A stretch of DNA of 64,000 nt from assembly GCA_963710985.1 (NCBI GenBank), contig CAVQCI010000003.1, positions 812,654 through 876,653 on the forward strand, given 5' to 3'. How positions within the stretch are numbered: position 1 is the stretch's first letter; the number at the start of each line of letters is the position of its first letter. Below the pieces are notes generated by a model. It saw only the letters and a program-made list of their open reading frames with translations. It made no database searches and had not been told where the DNA came from. The position numbers were made by a program, and so were the translations under genes. This DNA is from an uncultured Actinomycetes bacterium (GTDB lineage: Bacteria > Actinomycetota > UBA4738 > HRBIN12). Below, piece after piece: positions 1 to 10,229 of the stretch.

Positions 1-438
1 GGGGTTAGACCGTGGCTCCGCGCCGGACTCATCGCTCGTTGCCGAACCGCCGACGAGTTCCTGCCCGTCCCGTGGTCTTACCTGTGGATGACCAGCGTGG
101 TGCACCTGCGAGGCCCGGTCGGCCCGGACGACGGCGCCGCGCTCGCCGCGCGTGGCCTCCGGTCCTTCGGAGGGGGCGGGGGTACGGTGATCCTCGACGT
201 TGGGGAGGTGACCGGAGCCGACGTCGCGATGGTGGACACCCTCGCGCGTCTGCGATTGCTCGCGGGCCGCCTCGGCCGCACCGCATGGCTCCGGCACGTC
301 GCGCCCGAACTGCTGGAGCTGATCGAGCTCGTGGGGCTGAGCGACGTGCTACGCGTCGAGCCGCTCGGGCAGCCCGAAGAGCGGGAACAGGCGGGCGGTG
401 TCCAGGAAGAAGCAGACCCCGCCGATCCGGTCGTCTGA
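1..438 (+). CDS. STAS-domain anti-sigma-factor antagonist (SpoIIAA-like), 5'-partial: reading frame is open from position 1
   Basis: Frame-1 translation is stop-free from nt 1. C-terminal sequence [58 protein letters not shown] matches STAS/SpoIIAA. Tail overlaps the antisense 3' end of the sigma gene by ~90 bp. Confidence 0.5.
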   Translation, partial: GVRPWLRAGLIARCRTADEFLPVPWSYLWMTSVVHLRGPVGPDDGAALAARGLRSFGGGGGTVILDVGEVTGADVAMVDTLARLRLLAGRLGRTAWLRHVAPELLELIELVGLSDVLRVEPLGQPEEREQAGGVQEEADPADPVV

Positions 439-1358
439 GAGATCGAGGACCTGCACGCGCCCACGGTTCGAACCCGCCGTCGGCCGCCGGTTTGTACTGT
501 GCGAACGCCGGCTGCCCGTTCGCGTGCACCGGGAGCAGCCGCGAGTCCCGGCAACCGACGCCGGGGCCGAGGCACCACACCGCGATGTCCTCGTGGGTCT
601 GGAGCCACAGCGGGTACGGCGGCATCGACCACGTGGCGTCCTCGCGCAGGAGCGATGTGAGGGCGTCCATGTCGTAGCGCTCGAAGGCGTCGACGTACCG
701 CGCGAGAAGATCCTGCTGCTTCCGATCGATCGAGCCGGCGTGCGACTCCATGGTGATCTCGGCGCGCTGCAGCGTTCGCGTGCGCGCGCTGGACCGCGCT
801 GTTCACCGAGGCGACGCTCGTGTCGAGCAGCTCGGCCACCTCGGACGCCTGCCACTTCAGCACGTCACGGAGCACCAGCACGGCCCGCTGCCGAGCGGGC
901 AGGTGCTGCAGCGCGGCGACGAACGCCAGGCGGATCGACTCACGCGTCTCCACGACCTCGGCGGGATCGCCTGCGGGCAGGACCCGGTCGTCGGGGATCG
1001 GCAAGACCCAGGTGGCCTCCGGAAGCGGCTCGCCGAGGTGCTCGATCGCCGCCGCCTGCGCCGGCCCCAGGTCCATCGGGCGGGCCCTCCGTTCCTTGCC
1101 CGTCAGCATGTCGAGGCAGACGTTCGTCGCGATCCGGTAGAGCCACGAGCGGAAGCGCGCGCGACCTTCGAAGCCCTCGAAGCCTTTCCACGCCCGGAGC
1201 AGGGTCTCCTGCACGGCGTCCTCGGCGTCGAAGGCCGAGCCGAGCATCCGGTAGCAGTACGCGGTCAGCTCCCGCCGATGCTCGGCGAGCCGTTGCTCGA
1301 GATCGTCGGACCCCAACGTGGCGCCGGTCGTATCCGGTGTCGAACCCATGGTGACCAA
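349..1358 (-). CDS. ECF sigma factor, ECF41/SigJ-like with SnoaL-like C-terminal extension; disrupted by two frameshifts (~nt 757 and ~nt 457): pseudogene or uncorrected indels
   Basis: Sigma-70 regions 2/4 ([25 protein letters not shown]; [26 protein letters not shown]) in ORF 78..1358. SnoaL-like segment ([44 protein letters not shown]) in the frame of ORF 29..751. Terminal segment ([35 protein letters not shown]) in the frame of ORF 349..855. Three frames are needed for one protein. Confidence 0.75.
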
Positions 1359-1392
1359 CCTACCGAACGTGGCGCCGAACCCGGTCCCACCT

Positions 1393-1418
1393 GTTTGCCA
1401 CCAACGGCGACGGGGAAT
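1393..1418 (+). promoter_or_regulatory. SigB/SigF-type promoter candidate (GTTT-N16-GGGAAT) upstream of the CsbD gene
   Basis: GTTTgccaccaacggcgacgGGGAAT lies ~27-50 nt upstream of the ATG at 1445. An RBS GGGAGGTGA precedes the start. Confidence 0.4.
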
Positions 1419-1444
1419 GTCGGTCGGGACAGGGAGGTGACGAT

Positions 1445-1627
1445 ATGGCTGGTGAGAAGACGCAAGCGAAGGGCAAGAAGAACAAGGTGGTCGGCGGCGT
1501 GAAGAAGGAGGTCGGTCGCGTGACGAAGGACCGGAGCCTGGAGGCCGAGGGCGCGATGCAGAAGGCCAAGGGTTCTGTCCAAGACACGGCTGGGAAGACC
1601 ACCCGCAAGGTCACGAAGCGCGCGTAG
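1445..1627 (+). CDS. CsbD-family general stress protein
   Basis: 60-aa Lys/Gly-rich protein [41 protein letters not shown] typical of CsbD. Strong RBS. Confidence 0.75.
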   Translation: MAGEKTQAKGKKNKVVGGVKKEVGRVTKDRSLEAEGAMQKAKGSVQDTAGKTTRKVTKRA

Positions 1628-1718
1628 ACCGCGCCGATCCTGCGTGGGAAGCCGCTGATCCTCGCGCCGGGAGCTGATGCCAAGAGAAGGCACTCCGGAA
1701 CACGTTCTAGGAACGCCG

Positions 1719-1751
1719 AGAGGGCGGAGCGGGAACCCTGCTCCGCCCTCT
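1719..1751. terminator. Bidirectional intrinsic terminator hairpin between convergent csbD-like and membrane-protein genes
   Basis: Perfect 12-bp inverted repeat AGAGGGCGGAGC-gggaaccct-GCTCCGCCCTCT. Confidence 0.55.
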
Positions 1752-1772
1752 TCGCGAGGCTCCATCCGACGA

Positions 1773-2303
1773 CTACCAGTACCGTGCCGTCGCCATCGCC
1801 ATGACGGCGACCACCAACAACGCGAGAGCCGCCCTCGCGTAGACCTTGAGCGTGCCCTGGATCTCAGCCAGCCGCGCGGCCTGCTCCTGGGTCGGCTGGC
1901 CGCCCGAGGCGGCCAGCTCACGTTGGATCGCGAGGAGACGCTGCACGTTCGGGCGAGTGACGAACATCCCCAACGACGCTGCCGCGATCGCGGCCAACAT
2001 GCCGATCGTCAGGACCAGCCCGAAGGGGTCGCCCAGGAAATCACCGTACGAGGCGGCGAGCGTGACGTCCTTCACGTACAGCACGAGCCCGGCGGCGATC
2101 GTGATGCCCGCGAGCATGAGGAGCCGGTCGACGAGGCGCCGAACACCCAGCAACTGGCCCATCATCGGACCAGCCGCAGGACCGACCGCAGCGGCGCTCG
2201 GCTGGACGAACACGACGAACATGAAGACTGCACCGGCCCAAGCCACGCCGGCACCGATGTGGAGCAGCCGGAACAGCACGAAGAACCACTCGGTCGCGAT
2301 CAC
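1773..2303 (-). CDS. Integral membrane protein (4 predicted TM helices), function unknown
   Basis: Hydrophobic segments WFFVLFRLLHIGAGVAWAGAVFMFVVFV, LLMLAGITIAAGLVLYV, LVLTIGMLAAIAAASLGMFV, ALALLVVAVMAMA. Confidence 0.55.
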   Translation of the reverse strand: MIATEWFFVLFRLLHIGAGVAWAGAVFMFVVFVQPSAAAVGPAAGPMMGQLLGVRRLVDRLLMLAGITIAAGLVLYVKDVTLAASYGDFLGDPFGLVLTIGMLAAIAAASLGMFVTRPNVQRLLAIQRELAASGGQPTQEQAARLAEIQGTLKVYARAALALLVVAVMAMATARYW

Positions 2304-2434
2304 CCTTCCCCCCTGTGAGACGTGCGTCGCCGGACAGTAGCGCCTGTCGGATCTGCGCGCGACCCGGATCCGGAGCGCCCGTACCAGGTCCTCGTCCCCG
2401 GCCCGGAAAAGAGTGACAAGTCCCCGCCCACTCG

Positions 2435-2463
2435 CTTGACGCGTTCCCGGGCAGGCCGTACGT
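2435..2463 (+). promoter_or_regulatory. Sigma-70-like promoter candidate (TTGACG-17-TACGTT) for the dienelactone hydrolase gene
   Basis: cTTGACGcgttcccgggcaggccgTACGTTc with a 17-nt spacer, ~80 nt upstream of the start. Confidence 0.4.
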
Positions 2464-2543
2464 TCCCATCCGAGAAACCGCTGGGGCCCTCGGGTTCCGG
2501 CGGTTTCTCATCTCTGCGGCACTCCACCGAGGGAGGGGACGCC

Positions 2544-3281
2544 GTGAGCATGTCGAGGATCAGCGTTCGGGCCGACGAGATGCCCGTGTACGTCGCTCTT
2601 CCTTCCGGTCAAGGCCCGTGGCCGGGGGTCGTCGTGATCCATGACGCGCTGGGCATGACGGCGGATCTGCGGAACCAGGCCGACTGGTTGGCGGATGCGG
2701 GCTACCTCGCAGCCGCGCCCGACCTGTATCACTCCGGCGGCCGGATCCGGTGCCTGTTCCGAGCGATGCGCCAGGCGATGGCCCGCACCGGCGCGGTGTT
2801 CGAGGACCTGGATGCCACGCGCCGATGGTTGGTCGGTCGCGAGGACTGCACGGGGAAGGTCGGGGTGATCGGGTTCTGTCTCGGGGGTGGCCTCGCGCTC
2901 CTGCTCGCCGCCGGTCACGGCTACGACGCCTCGAGCGTCAACTACGGCTCCGTACCGAAGGACGCGGCGACGCTGCTCGCCGACGCCTGCCCGATCGTCG
3001 GCAGCTACGGCGCGAAGGATCCCACGCTCCGCAAAGCGCCGGCGCTGCTCCGTCGGGCGCTCACGGCGAACGCGATCGAGCACGACGTCGCGGTCTACCC
3101 GGACGCGGGGCACGCGTTCATGAACGAGCACGACCCCACCGACGAACCGACGTGGGCGGTCATCGCGGGCAGGTTCTCCACGTCCGGCTACCACGAGCCC
3201 TCCGCGATGGACGCGCGTGAACGGATCGTGTCGTTCTTCGACACCCATCTGCGGGATCGACCCGCGGCCGCTACGACCTGA
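2544..3281 (+). CDS. Dienelactone hydrolase family alpha/beta hydrolase
   Basis: [87 protein letters not shown] 5 nt before GTG 2544 (ATG at 2550 is an alternative). Confidence 0.85.
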   Translation: MSMSRISVRADEMPVYVALPSGQGPWPGVVVIHDALGMTADLRNQADWLADAGYLAAAPDLYHSGGRIRCLFRAMRQAMARTGAVFEDLDATRRWLVGREDCTGKVGVIGFCLGGGLALLLAAGHGYDASSVNYGSVPKDAATLLADACPIVGSYGAKDPTLRKAPALLRRALTANAIEHDVAVYPDAGHAFMNEHDPTDEPTWAVIAGRFSTSGYHEPSAMDARERIVSFFDTHLRDRPAAATT

Positions 3282-3651
3282 CGGATCGGACGGTGTCGGT
3301 GTTGTCGGCCTTGCAGTAGGTCGTCCTCTTCGCTCGCGCGTAGAACTTCCCGTACATGCCCGTGTTGCCCGTCGACCACATGTAGCGGCCGGCGACCAGC
3401 GATGCGGTGTCGCTCGCGATCTTCTGGTCGACCTTCGGAGCCTGCGTCGACCCCACCTGTTTGAACAGGACGATCGTGCGGTTCTTCGCACACTTGAACG
3501 GACGCGTCGACTTCACGTATCCCCAGAAGTCGCCGTTCTTCGTCTTGATCGTGACGGTGGTGTCGGCCCGGGTTCCAGCCGTTCCCACCGAGGTCAGGGC
3601 CATCACCACGCCGAGCGTGATGAGCGCCGTCACGAGTGTTCTCGGTCTCAC
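3271..3651 (-). CDS. Small secreted protein (signal peptide), hypothetical
   Basis: GTG start preceded by AGGGGGA. N-terminal [22 protein letters not shown] signal-like segment. C-terminal part of artefactual long ORF 3271..4530. Confidence 0.6.
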   Translation of the reverse strand: MRPRTLVTALITLGVVMALTSVGTAGTRADTTVTIKTKNGDFWGYVKSTRPFKCAKNRTIVLFKQVGSTQAPKVDQKIASDTASLVAGRYMWSTGNTGMYGKFYARAKRTTYCKADNTDTVRSVRS

Positions 3652-3716
3652 GCGATCCCCCTCCCGAGCGTCCTCCCTGCCCAGGCGACAGATGCTGTGC
3701 CCCGGTCGGTCGGCAG

Positions 3717-4550
3717 TCAAGGGCTCCGTCCGAGGGCCTTCGCCGGCTCGCCGAACCGGAGGAGCCGGCCGCCGGTGGCGATCGAGCAGAGGGCGAACCA
3801 GGCCCAACCGACGGCGAGCCCCGCGACGACGTCGGTGAACCAGTGCACGCCCAACAGCATCCTCGACGTCCCGATCGCGACCGCGATTCCCGCGGCGGTC
3901 CCGGCGAGCATCGCGCGGACGCGAGGGGTACGGCCGCGCGACAGCACCAACGCGAGCGCCGCGTAGCACGCGGCGGCCGTGGCGGTATGGCCGCTGGGGA
4001 ACGATGACCCTGAGAAGGATGCCAACGGATCGATCGCGGGCCGTGCGCGCGCCACGCCCACCTTGACCAGGTTCACGATGAGCAGTTCGCCCCCCACCAC
4101 CAGCGTGAGGAAGAGCCACAGCGAGCGACCGCGGATCCGTCGGAACTCGATCAGTCCCACGACGAGCGTCACGACGATCGCGACGGGCGTGGATCCCAGC
4201 AACGTGAGGGCACGGAGCACGGGCGTGGACACGTTCGTGGCATGAGCGGCGGCCCACTCGGCGACGGCGGTATCCACGTCCAACGCGGCCGTCCCCGAGC
4301 GCACCAGATAGAAGAGGACCCCCGCGACGACACCGCCGACCACCACACCCAAGGAGGCGGCCGTGAGCGCCCATCCGGTGGCCGTGCGCGGATCCCACCG
4401 TCCGAGCCATCCCAGACGGCTCCGCTCTAGTTCCCGGGCCACGGACCCGCTCAGGTCGGCCGCCGGGTCGGCAGCGGGCCAGCGTTGCACCGCGAGGTAC
4501 ACGAGCACCGCTGCCGTCACGCTCGCGCACGCGAGCGCAACGATCACCAT
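3717..4550 (-). CDS. PAP2-family phosphatase (phosphatidic acid phosphatase type 2 / undecaprenyl-PP phosphatase-like)
   Basis: All three PAP2 motifs: KVGVARARP, FPSGHTA, SRMLLGVHWFTDV. Multiple TM helices. Confidence 0.85.
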   Translation of the reverse strand: MVIVALACASVTAAVLVYLAVQRWPAADPAADLSGSVARELERSRLGWLGRWDPRTATGWALTAASLGVVVGGVVAGVLFYLVRSGTAALDVDTAVAEWAAAHATNVSTPVLRALTLLGSTPVAIVVTLVVGLIEFRRIRGRSLWLFLTLVVGGELLIVNLVKVGVARARPAIDPLASFSGSSFPSGHTATAAACYAALALVLSRGRTPRVRAMLAGTAAGIAVAIGTSRMLLGVHWFTDVVAGLAVGWAWFALCSIATGGRLLRFGEPAKALGRSP

Positions 4551-4616
4551 CGGTCCTCCGTTCGGTAGGGCATCAGCCAGGTTTACCCGTGGGCGATCGA
4601 GGGAAACCCCTTCACC

Positions 4617-5473
4617 ATGCGCTTATCGACCGACGTGAACGGGATGGGAACGCTGGATCGAGGATGCGGGGAGACGATCGCGATCGCGCCGCCCGACGCC
4701 CTCGACGCACCGCCGGGCGGCCCGGCCGAACGGATCGCGTGTCGCACGAAAGAGCATCACCCCGTCACGGTCGCGGCGCTCATCGGCGTCGTCGGGTTCG
4801 TGTTGATGGGCGCGATCATCGTCGGGTTGGGCCTGCTCCTGACGCACGTCCTCCTGAGCGGCGGCCTCGGCCGGTGGGACGAGCGGGTCAACGACTGGTT
4901 CGTGATCCGGCGCACGTCCGCGTGGAACTCGATCACGTCGTTCGGCACCATCGATCGGATCGACGGGGACCGTCGTGGCGGTGGCCGCCGTCACGACGCT
5001 CGTGCTCGCGATCGGACGCCTGTGGCGCGAGATCGGCCTGATCGTGATCGCGCTGTCCGTAGAGGTCCTCGTGTTCTTGACGACCACGTTCGTGGTGGAT
5101 CGACCTCGGCCCTACGGTGCCTCGCCTGGATCCCGCACCGCCGACCTCCAGCTTCCCGTCCGGCCACACCGCCGCCGCCATCGCGCTGTGGGTGTCGTTG
5201 GCGATCGTGATCACGACGCATGTGAGGAACGCGTTCGTCCGGACACTGGTGTGGATCGTGGCGTTGAGCCTTCCGATCTTCGTCGGTCTGTCCCGCTTGT
5301 ATCGGGGCATGCACCACCCGACCGACGTCCTGGCGAGCGTCCTGCTGGGTGCGGGGGCGGTGCTGACGGCGCTGCTGGCCGTGCGAGCGGCCTCCGCGGT
5401 CGCCGAGATGAGGCATAGGTCGGACGCGGTCGACGCGTCTCCGGCGACGGCGCCCGTCGAGGTGGCGTCATGA
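4617..5473 (+). CDS. Second PAP2-family phosphatase; frameshifted twice (~nt 4960 and ~nt 5112)
   Basis: N-terminal TM region in ORF 4617..5210. VDRPRP motif in frame of ORF 4975..5418. PSGHTAAA and SRLYRGMHHPTDV motifs in ORF 5117..5473. Stop overlaps the start of the next gene (5470). Confidence 0.7.
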
Positions 5474-6357
5474 CCTCGGTGGCGGTGGTCGCCCACTCCG
5501 CGAAGCGTCTCGGCGGGGGTCTGGGCGAGCTCCGCGCGCTCCTGGCGGCCGAGGGAGTCACCGACCCCATGTGGGCCGAGGTGACGAAGAGCCGGTTCGC
5601 CCCGGCGCGGGTCAAGGGGTTCCTCAAGGAGGGCGCCGACCTCGTCTTCGTGTGGGGAGGCGACGGGACGGTGCAGCGCTGCATCGACGTGTTGGCGGGA
5701 TCGTCGGCCACCCTGGCCATCCTCCCGGCCGGGACGGCGAACCTCCTGGCCACGAACCTGGGGATCCCCCGTGACCTCGAGGCGGCGGTGCGGGTCGGGC
5801 TGCACGGCGACCGCAGGTCGCTGGACGTCGGCGTGGTGAACGGCGAACGCTTCGCCGTGATGGCGGGCACCGGCCTGGATGCGGTGATGATCCGCGACGC
5901 CGACTCCGGGCTGAAGGATGCGGTCGGCAGGATGGCCTACCTGTGGACCGGGGCGAAGAACGTCCGGCGCGAGCCCGTCAAGGCGAAGATCCGCGTGGAC
6001 GGCCACCGCTGGTTCAAGGGCGATGTCACCTGCGTGCTGGTGGGCAACGTCGGCAAGGTGATCGGCGGCATCTCCGCGTTCTCAGACGCCGACCCCGACG
6101 ACGGACGCCTCGACGTGGGTGTCGTGACCGCCGACGGTTGGTGGCAATGGGCGCGGACGCTCGGACGCAGCGCGTTCGGCGACGCCTCCGCGTCTCCGTT
6201 CGTGCAGACCACGACGGCGCGTTCGATCGAGGTGCGGCTCGATCGCAAGGTGCTCTACGAGTTGGACGGTGGGGACCGCACGAAGAAGAAGCGACTCGAC
6301 ATCGAGGTGGAACCGGGCGCCATCAGCGTCTGCGTTCCTGAGGAGGCGACGCGATGA
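5470..6357 (+). CDS. Diacylglycerol kinase catalytic-domain lipid kinase (YegS/DagK-like)
   Basis: DLVFVWGGDGTVQRCIDVL (GGDGT motif), ILPAGTANLLA. ATGA overlap with the upstream PAP2 gene. Confidence 0.85.
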   Translation: MTSVAVVAHSAKRLGGGLGELRALLAAEGVTDPMWAEVTKSRFAPARVKGFLKEGADLVFVWGGDGTVQRCIDVLAGSSATLAILPAGTANLLATNLGIPRDLEAAVRVGLHGDRRSLDVGVVNGERFAVMAGTGLDAVMIRDADSGLKDAVGRMAYLWTGAKNVRREPVKAKIRVDGHRWFKGDVTCVLVGNVGKVIGGISAFSDADPDDGRLDVGVVTADGWWQWARTLGRSAFGDASASPFVQTTTARSIEVRLDRKVLYELDGGDRTKKKRLDIEVEPGAISVCVPEEATR

Positions 6358-7327
6358 GCACGGCGAACGCGGTCCCCGAAACGTGGACCCTCACGGGCGA
6401 CGACGCACGGGAGACCTTGAAGAGCACCGGCCCGATGCACCTGATCCGTGACGCGTTCAAGCGCCTCCGGTCGGCCGACGGGTTCAGCCACGCGCGCTCC
6501 ATCGCGTTCCTGCTGGCGCTGGTCTTCATCGAGGGTGTCATCGCGCTCGTCGGTCTGGCCAGCGTCCTCGGCACCGGTGGGCTGAGCGAGGGGATCGTGC
6601 GGGCGCTCCAGACGGCCGTCCCCGGGCCGGCCGGCAGGGTGCTGACCGACGCCGTCGCGCAAGCGCACCGGGCCGGCACGAGCTCGCGCTACGTCGCCCT
6701 GTGGTTCGGGTTGGCGGCCGCGATCGTCACCGGGACCACGCTCTATGGGCCAGTTCGAACGCGGCATGAACCGGATCTACGGGATCGAGAAGGACCGGCC
6801 GACGCTGCGCAAGTACGGGAACGCGTTCCTCCTGCTGTCCTCGGCAGGCGTGCTCGCCGGCGTCGGGTTCGCGTGCGTCGCCCTGGGCCACGTCATCGGC
6901 ACGTCCTTCAACAACGACGTGTGGGCCACGGTATGGAACGTCGCCCGTTGGCCCATCGGCCTGCTGTTCATCACGGGCGCGATGGCGCTGATCCTGCGAA
7001 CGTGCCCCGCGCCGGCATCAGCCGGGTTGGTCGTGGCTCTCGATGGGCGCCGTGCTCGCGGTCGCCTTGTGGGTGATCGTGACCCTGGGCTTCGACCTGT
7101 TCTTCAGCCTCAGCTCGACCTTCGGCAAGACCTACGGGCCGCTGGCCGGGATCGTCGCGCTCCTGCTCTGGTCGTACATGTCCTCGGTGGCCGTGCTGCT
7201 CGGGGTCTCCGTCGCCGCCCAGCTGGAGGCCGTTCGCGCCGGCGTGCCGGCGCCGCAGGCCGCCCGGGACCTCGCCGTCTCAGATCCCGGTGCCCAGCTC
7301 CTGGCGGCGGGCGTGGCGAGCCGATGA
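6354..7327 (+). CDS. YihY/BrkB-family membrane protein; frameshifted twice (~nt 6735 and ~nt 7030)
   Basis: RSIAFLLALVFIEGVIALVGLASVL in ORF 6354..7076. GQFERGMNRIYGIEKDRPTLRKYGNAFLL in ORF 6745.. frame. C-terminal LGAVLAVALWVIVTLGFDLFF..LLWSYMSSVAVLLG in ORF 7043..7327. Confidence 0.7.
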
Positions 7328-7402
7328 ACCCGCCGAGCCCCGAACGGACCGGCGACGGACCCGACGACAGGATCGACGCGGATCCGCCGCACGCTGGAAG
7401 GG

Positions 7403-8522
7403 GTGATCGGCGTGCCGGCGACCGAGGGGAACCGGCTGGACGTCCTGCGCAACGGCGACGAGATCTTCCCGGCGATGCTCGAAGCCATCGCCGGTGCACG
7501 GCACACGATCGACTTCCTGACGTTCGTGTACTGGCAGGGCGAGATCGGTACGCGGTTCGCCGAGCAGCTCTCCGAGAGAGCGCGGGCGGGTGTCAGGGTC
7601 CGCGTGTTGCTGGACGCCTGGGGAGCCCACCCCATCGATCGCACGCTGATCGACCTCATGGACGACGCCGGGGTCCAGGTGCACTGGTTCCGTCCCCTGC
7701 GCCGGTTCGAGCCGAGCAAGATGGATCACCGGACCCACCGCAAGGTGATGATCGTCGACGAGGCGATCGGCTTCACCGGAGGGGTCGGCATCGCCGACGA
7801 GTGGTCGGGCGATGCTCGCGACGAGTCGGAATGGCGAGACACGCACTTCCGGGTGACGGGACCCGCGGTCGACGGCCTGCGGGCCGCGTTCCTCGGACAA
7901 CTGGGCCGAGACGGATCCGATCCTGTTCGAAGACGGCGTCGATCGCTTCCCGGACCAACCGAGACCGGGGCAGGCGGTCGTGCAGTGCGTGCGCGGCGCC
8001 TCCGAGACCGGGTGGGCCGACGTTTCCACCCTCTTCCTCACGCTGATGCAGCTCGCCGAGCGACGGCTGCGGATCACGACCGCGTACTTCGTGCCCGACG
8101 ACGCCCTGTGTCAGCGGCTCTGTGATGCGGCCGACCGCGGCGTCAAGGTGGAGATCTTGCTGCCGGGGCCGCACGCGGACAAGCGCTTCGTGCAGGCGGG
8201 GGGTGAAGCCTCCTATGCCGAGCTGATGGAACACGGCGTCGAGCTGTGGAACTTCCAGCCGTCGATGCTGCACGCCAAGGTCATGACGGTGGACGGTCTG
8301 GTGGCCACCGTCGGCTCCGCCAACCTCAACGCGCGCTCGACCGAACTGGACGAAGAGGTCAACCTCGTCGCGCTCGATCCGGAGTTCGTCTCGACCCTCG
8401 ATCGGCAGTTCGACGAGGATCTGGAGCGCAGCGTGCGGATCGAGCAAGCGCGATGGGACGAGCGTTCCGTGGGGCAGCGCGCCTTCGAGAAGCTCGTGAC
8501 GCCGCTTCGGGGGCACATCTGA
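7403..8522 (+). CDS. Phospholipase D / cardiolipin synthase family protein (two HKD motifs, ClsB-like, no N-terminal TM); single frameshift ~nt 7888
   Basis: HKD-1 HRKVMIVD in ORF 7403..8125. HKD-2 HAKVMTVDGLVATVGSANLN in ORF 7980..8522. Deleting one g in ttcctcgGacaactgg restores AFLDNWAETDPILFEDGVDRFPDQPRPGQAVVQCVRGAS. Confidence 0.8.
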
Positions 8523-9848
8523 TGCCGGTGGCGACGAGCAACCACGTGGAGACGCCCACCGTCGTCGCCGTCGACCCGGCGAGGCTCGAGCGTGACGTCC
8601 CCGTGACGGAGGAGCCGGAGTGGGAGCGGCGGTGGCCGCCCGCCGCATATCTCGTTCGGGCGACCGCTGCCGTCGCGCTGACCCTCCTCGTGATCTCTGC
8701 GGCTCGGTCGGCCGTCGGCATCCTGGTCCTGGTGGTCATCGCGGCCGTGCTCGCGATCGGCATGGACCCGATGGTCGCGGGGCTGCAGCGTCGGGGGCTC
8801 GGGCGTGGGGCCGCGGTGGCGGTCGTCGTCCTCGGCGTGTCGGCGGCCGCCGCTGCTGTTCGCCCTGCTGATCATCCCGCCCCTGGTGCGTCAGATCGCC
8901 GAACTCGCGAACGGCGTGCCGGAGTTCGTCCGTCGGCTGCAGTCGCGTGAGGACTGGATCGGTTCCTACGCGCGCGCCAACGACGTGCAGGGCAAGGTGC
9001 AGACGTTCATCGCCGATCTGCCCGGGCGGGTGGCCGCGTCGTTCGACACGGTCCTCGGCGTGGCGGGCAAGGTCGGAGCGACCGTCTTCGAGGCGATCAC
9101 GGTCGTCATCCTCACGATCTACTTCATGATCGCGCTGCCGGGGATGCGCCGCACCGTGACGATCCTGGTCAACCCCAAGGATCGCGACCGCGCGGAGCGC
9201 GTGGTCGACCGGTCGATCGAACGGATCGGCGGCTACGTCTCGGGCAACCTCGTGACCTCGCTCGTGTGCGGGATCGTGACCCTCGTCGCGCTGCTCCTGT
9301 TCGGTGTTCCGTTCGCGTTCCCGCTCGCGATGTGGGCCGGACTGGCCGACCTGATCCCCGCGGTGGGGTCCTACCTCGGCGCGCTGCCCGCGATCGTGGT
9401 GGCGTTCGTCGTCTCCCCCTGGCTCGGGGTGGGCGTGGCGATCTACTTCGTGGTGTACCAGCAGTTCGAGAACTACGTGATCGTTCCGCGCGTGATGCAG
9501 AACGCCGTGAACGTGTCCCCCGCGGCCGTGATCATCAGCACGCTGGTGGGGGCGAGCCTCGGTGGGTTCGCCGGGGCGCTGCTCGCGCTGCCCGTGGCCG
9601 CGACCATGAAGGTCGTGGTGATCGAGATCTGGCTCCGCGACCGGATGCGTGAGGGCGACCCGCTGGCGCGCGAGCGTCTCCAGGAGGAGCGCAAGGCCGC
9701 CCGGCAGGCGGGACTCGGACCGCGACTGCGCGGCCGCGCGCTCGATCTGCTGGGGCGCCGACGATCCGAAGGGCACGACCCGGCGGTTCGACGGCGTCCC
9801 CGTAAGGGGCACGAAGGCGCTTCGGACGAAGGGATGTCCCAGCCATGA
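8522..9848 (+). CDS. AI-2E family transporter (PerM/YhhT-like); frameshift ~nt 8860
   Basis: ATG 8522 overlaps the cls stop (TGATG). N-terminal TM part in frame of ORF 8246..8950, remainder in ORF 8805..9848 (VFEAITVVILTIYFMIALP..VVYQQFENYVIVPRVM..GALLALPVAATMKVVVIE). Confidence 0.75.
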
Positions 9849-10192
9849 CGGGAGGGTTCGCGAGGTTCAGTTCGGCGATGGCCCGGTGGGCGGGAAGCGT
9901 CTGGGCGTTCGCCGGGGTGAGCCTCCTGCTGCTCGGATGGCTGGTGCTCGGCCCGGTCTTGCACTGGTCGAGCCGCTGGCAGCTGGCCGCCTCGACCATC
10001 GCGACGCTCACGACGTTCCTGATGGTGTTCGTGATCCAGGCGACGCAGAATCGGCATTCGGCGGCGATGCAGCTCAAGCTCGACGAGCTGATCAGCGCCT
10101 CGGGGGACGCTCGGGAGCAGCTGATCGGCGTCGACCAACTGCCCGAGTCGGAGATCCAGGGCCACCGGGACGAGCTCCAGCGACGGACGTAG
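9845..10192 (+). CDS. Low-affinity iron permease family small membrane protein (Pfam Iron_permease-like)
   Basis: TM segment then LTTFLMVFVIQATQNRHSAAMQLKLDELI. Confidence 0.65.
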   Translation: MTGGFARFSSAMARWAGSVWAFAGVSLLLLGWLVLGPVLHWSSRWQLAASTIATLTTFLMVFVIQATQNRHSAAMQLKLDELISASGDAREQLIGVDQLPESEIQGHRDELQRRT

Positions 10193-10229
10193 TCGGCCGG
10201 ATCCCGGCTATCGAGAAGGAGGCTTCCTC

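Noticed and set aside
12-677. 221-aa ORF on + strand, Arg/Pro/Ala-rich
   Set aside because: Composition typical of an out-of-frame read-through in 70% GC DNA. It overlaps the well-supported sigma-factor frames on the other strand. No motifs.
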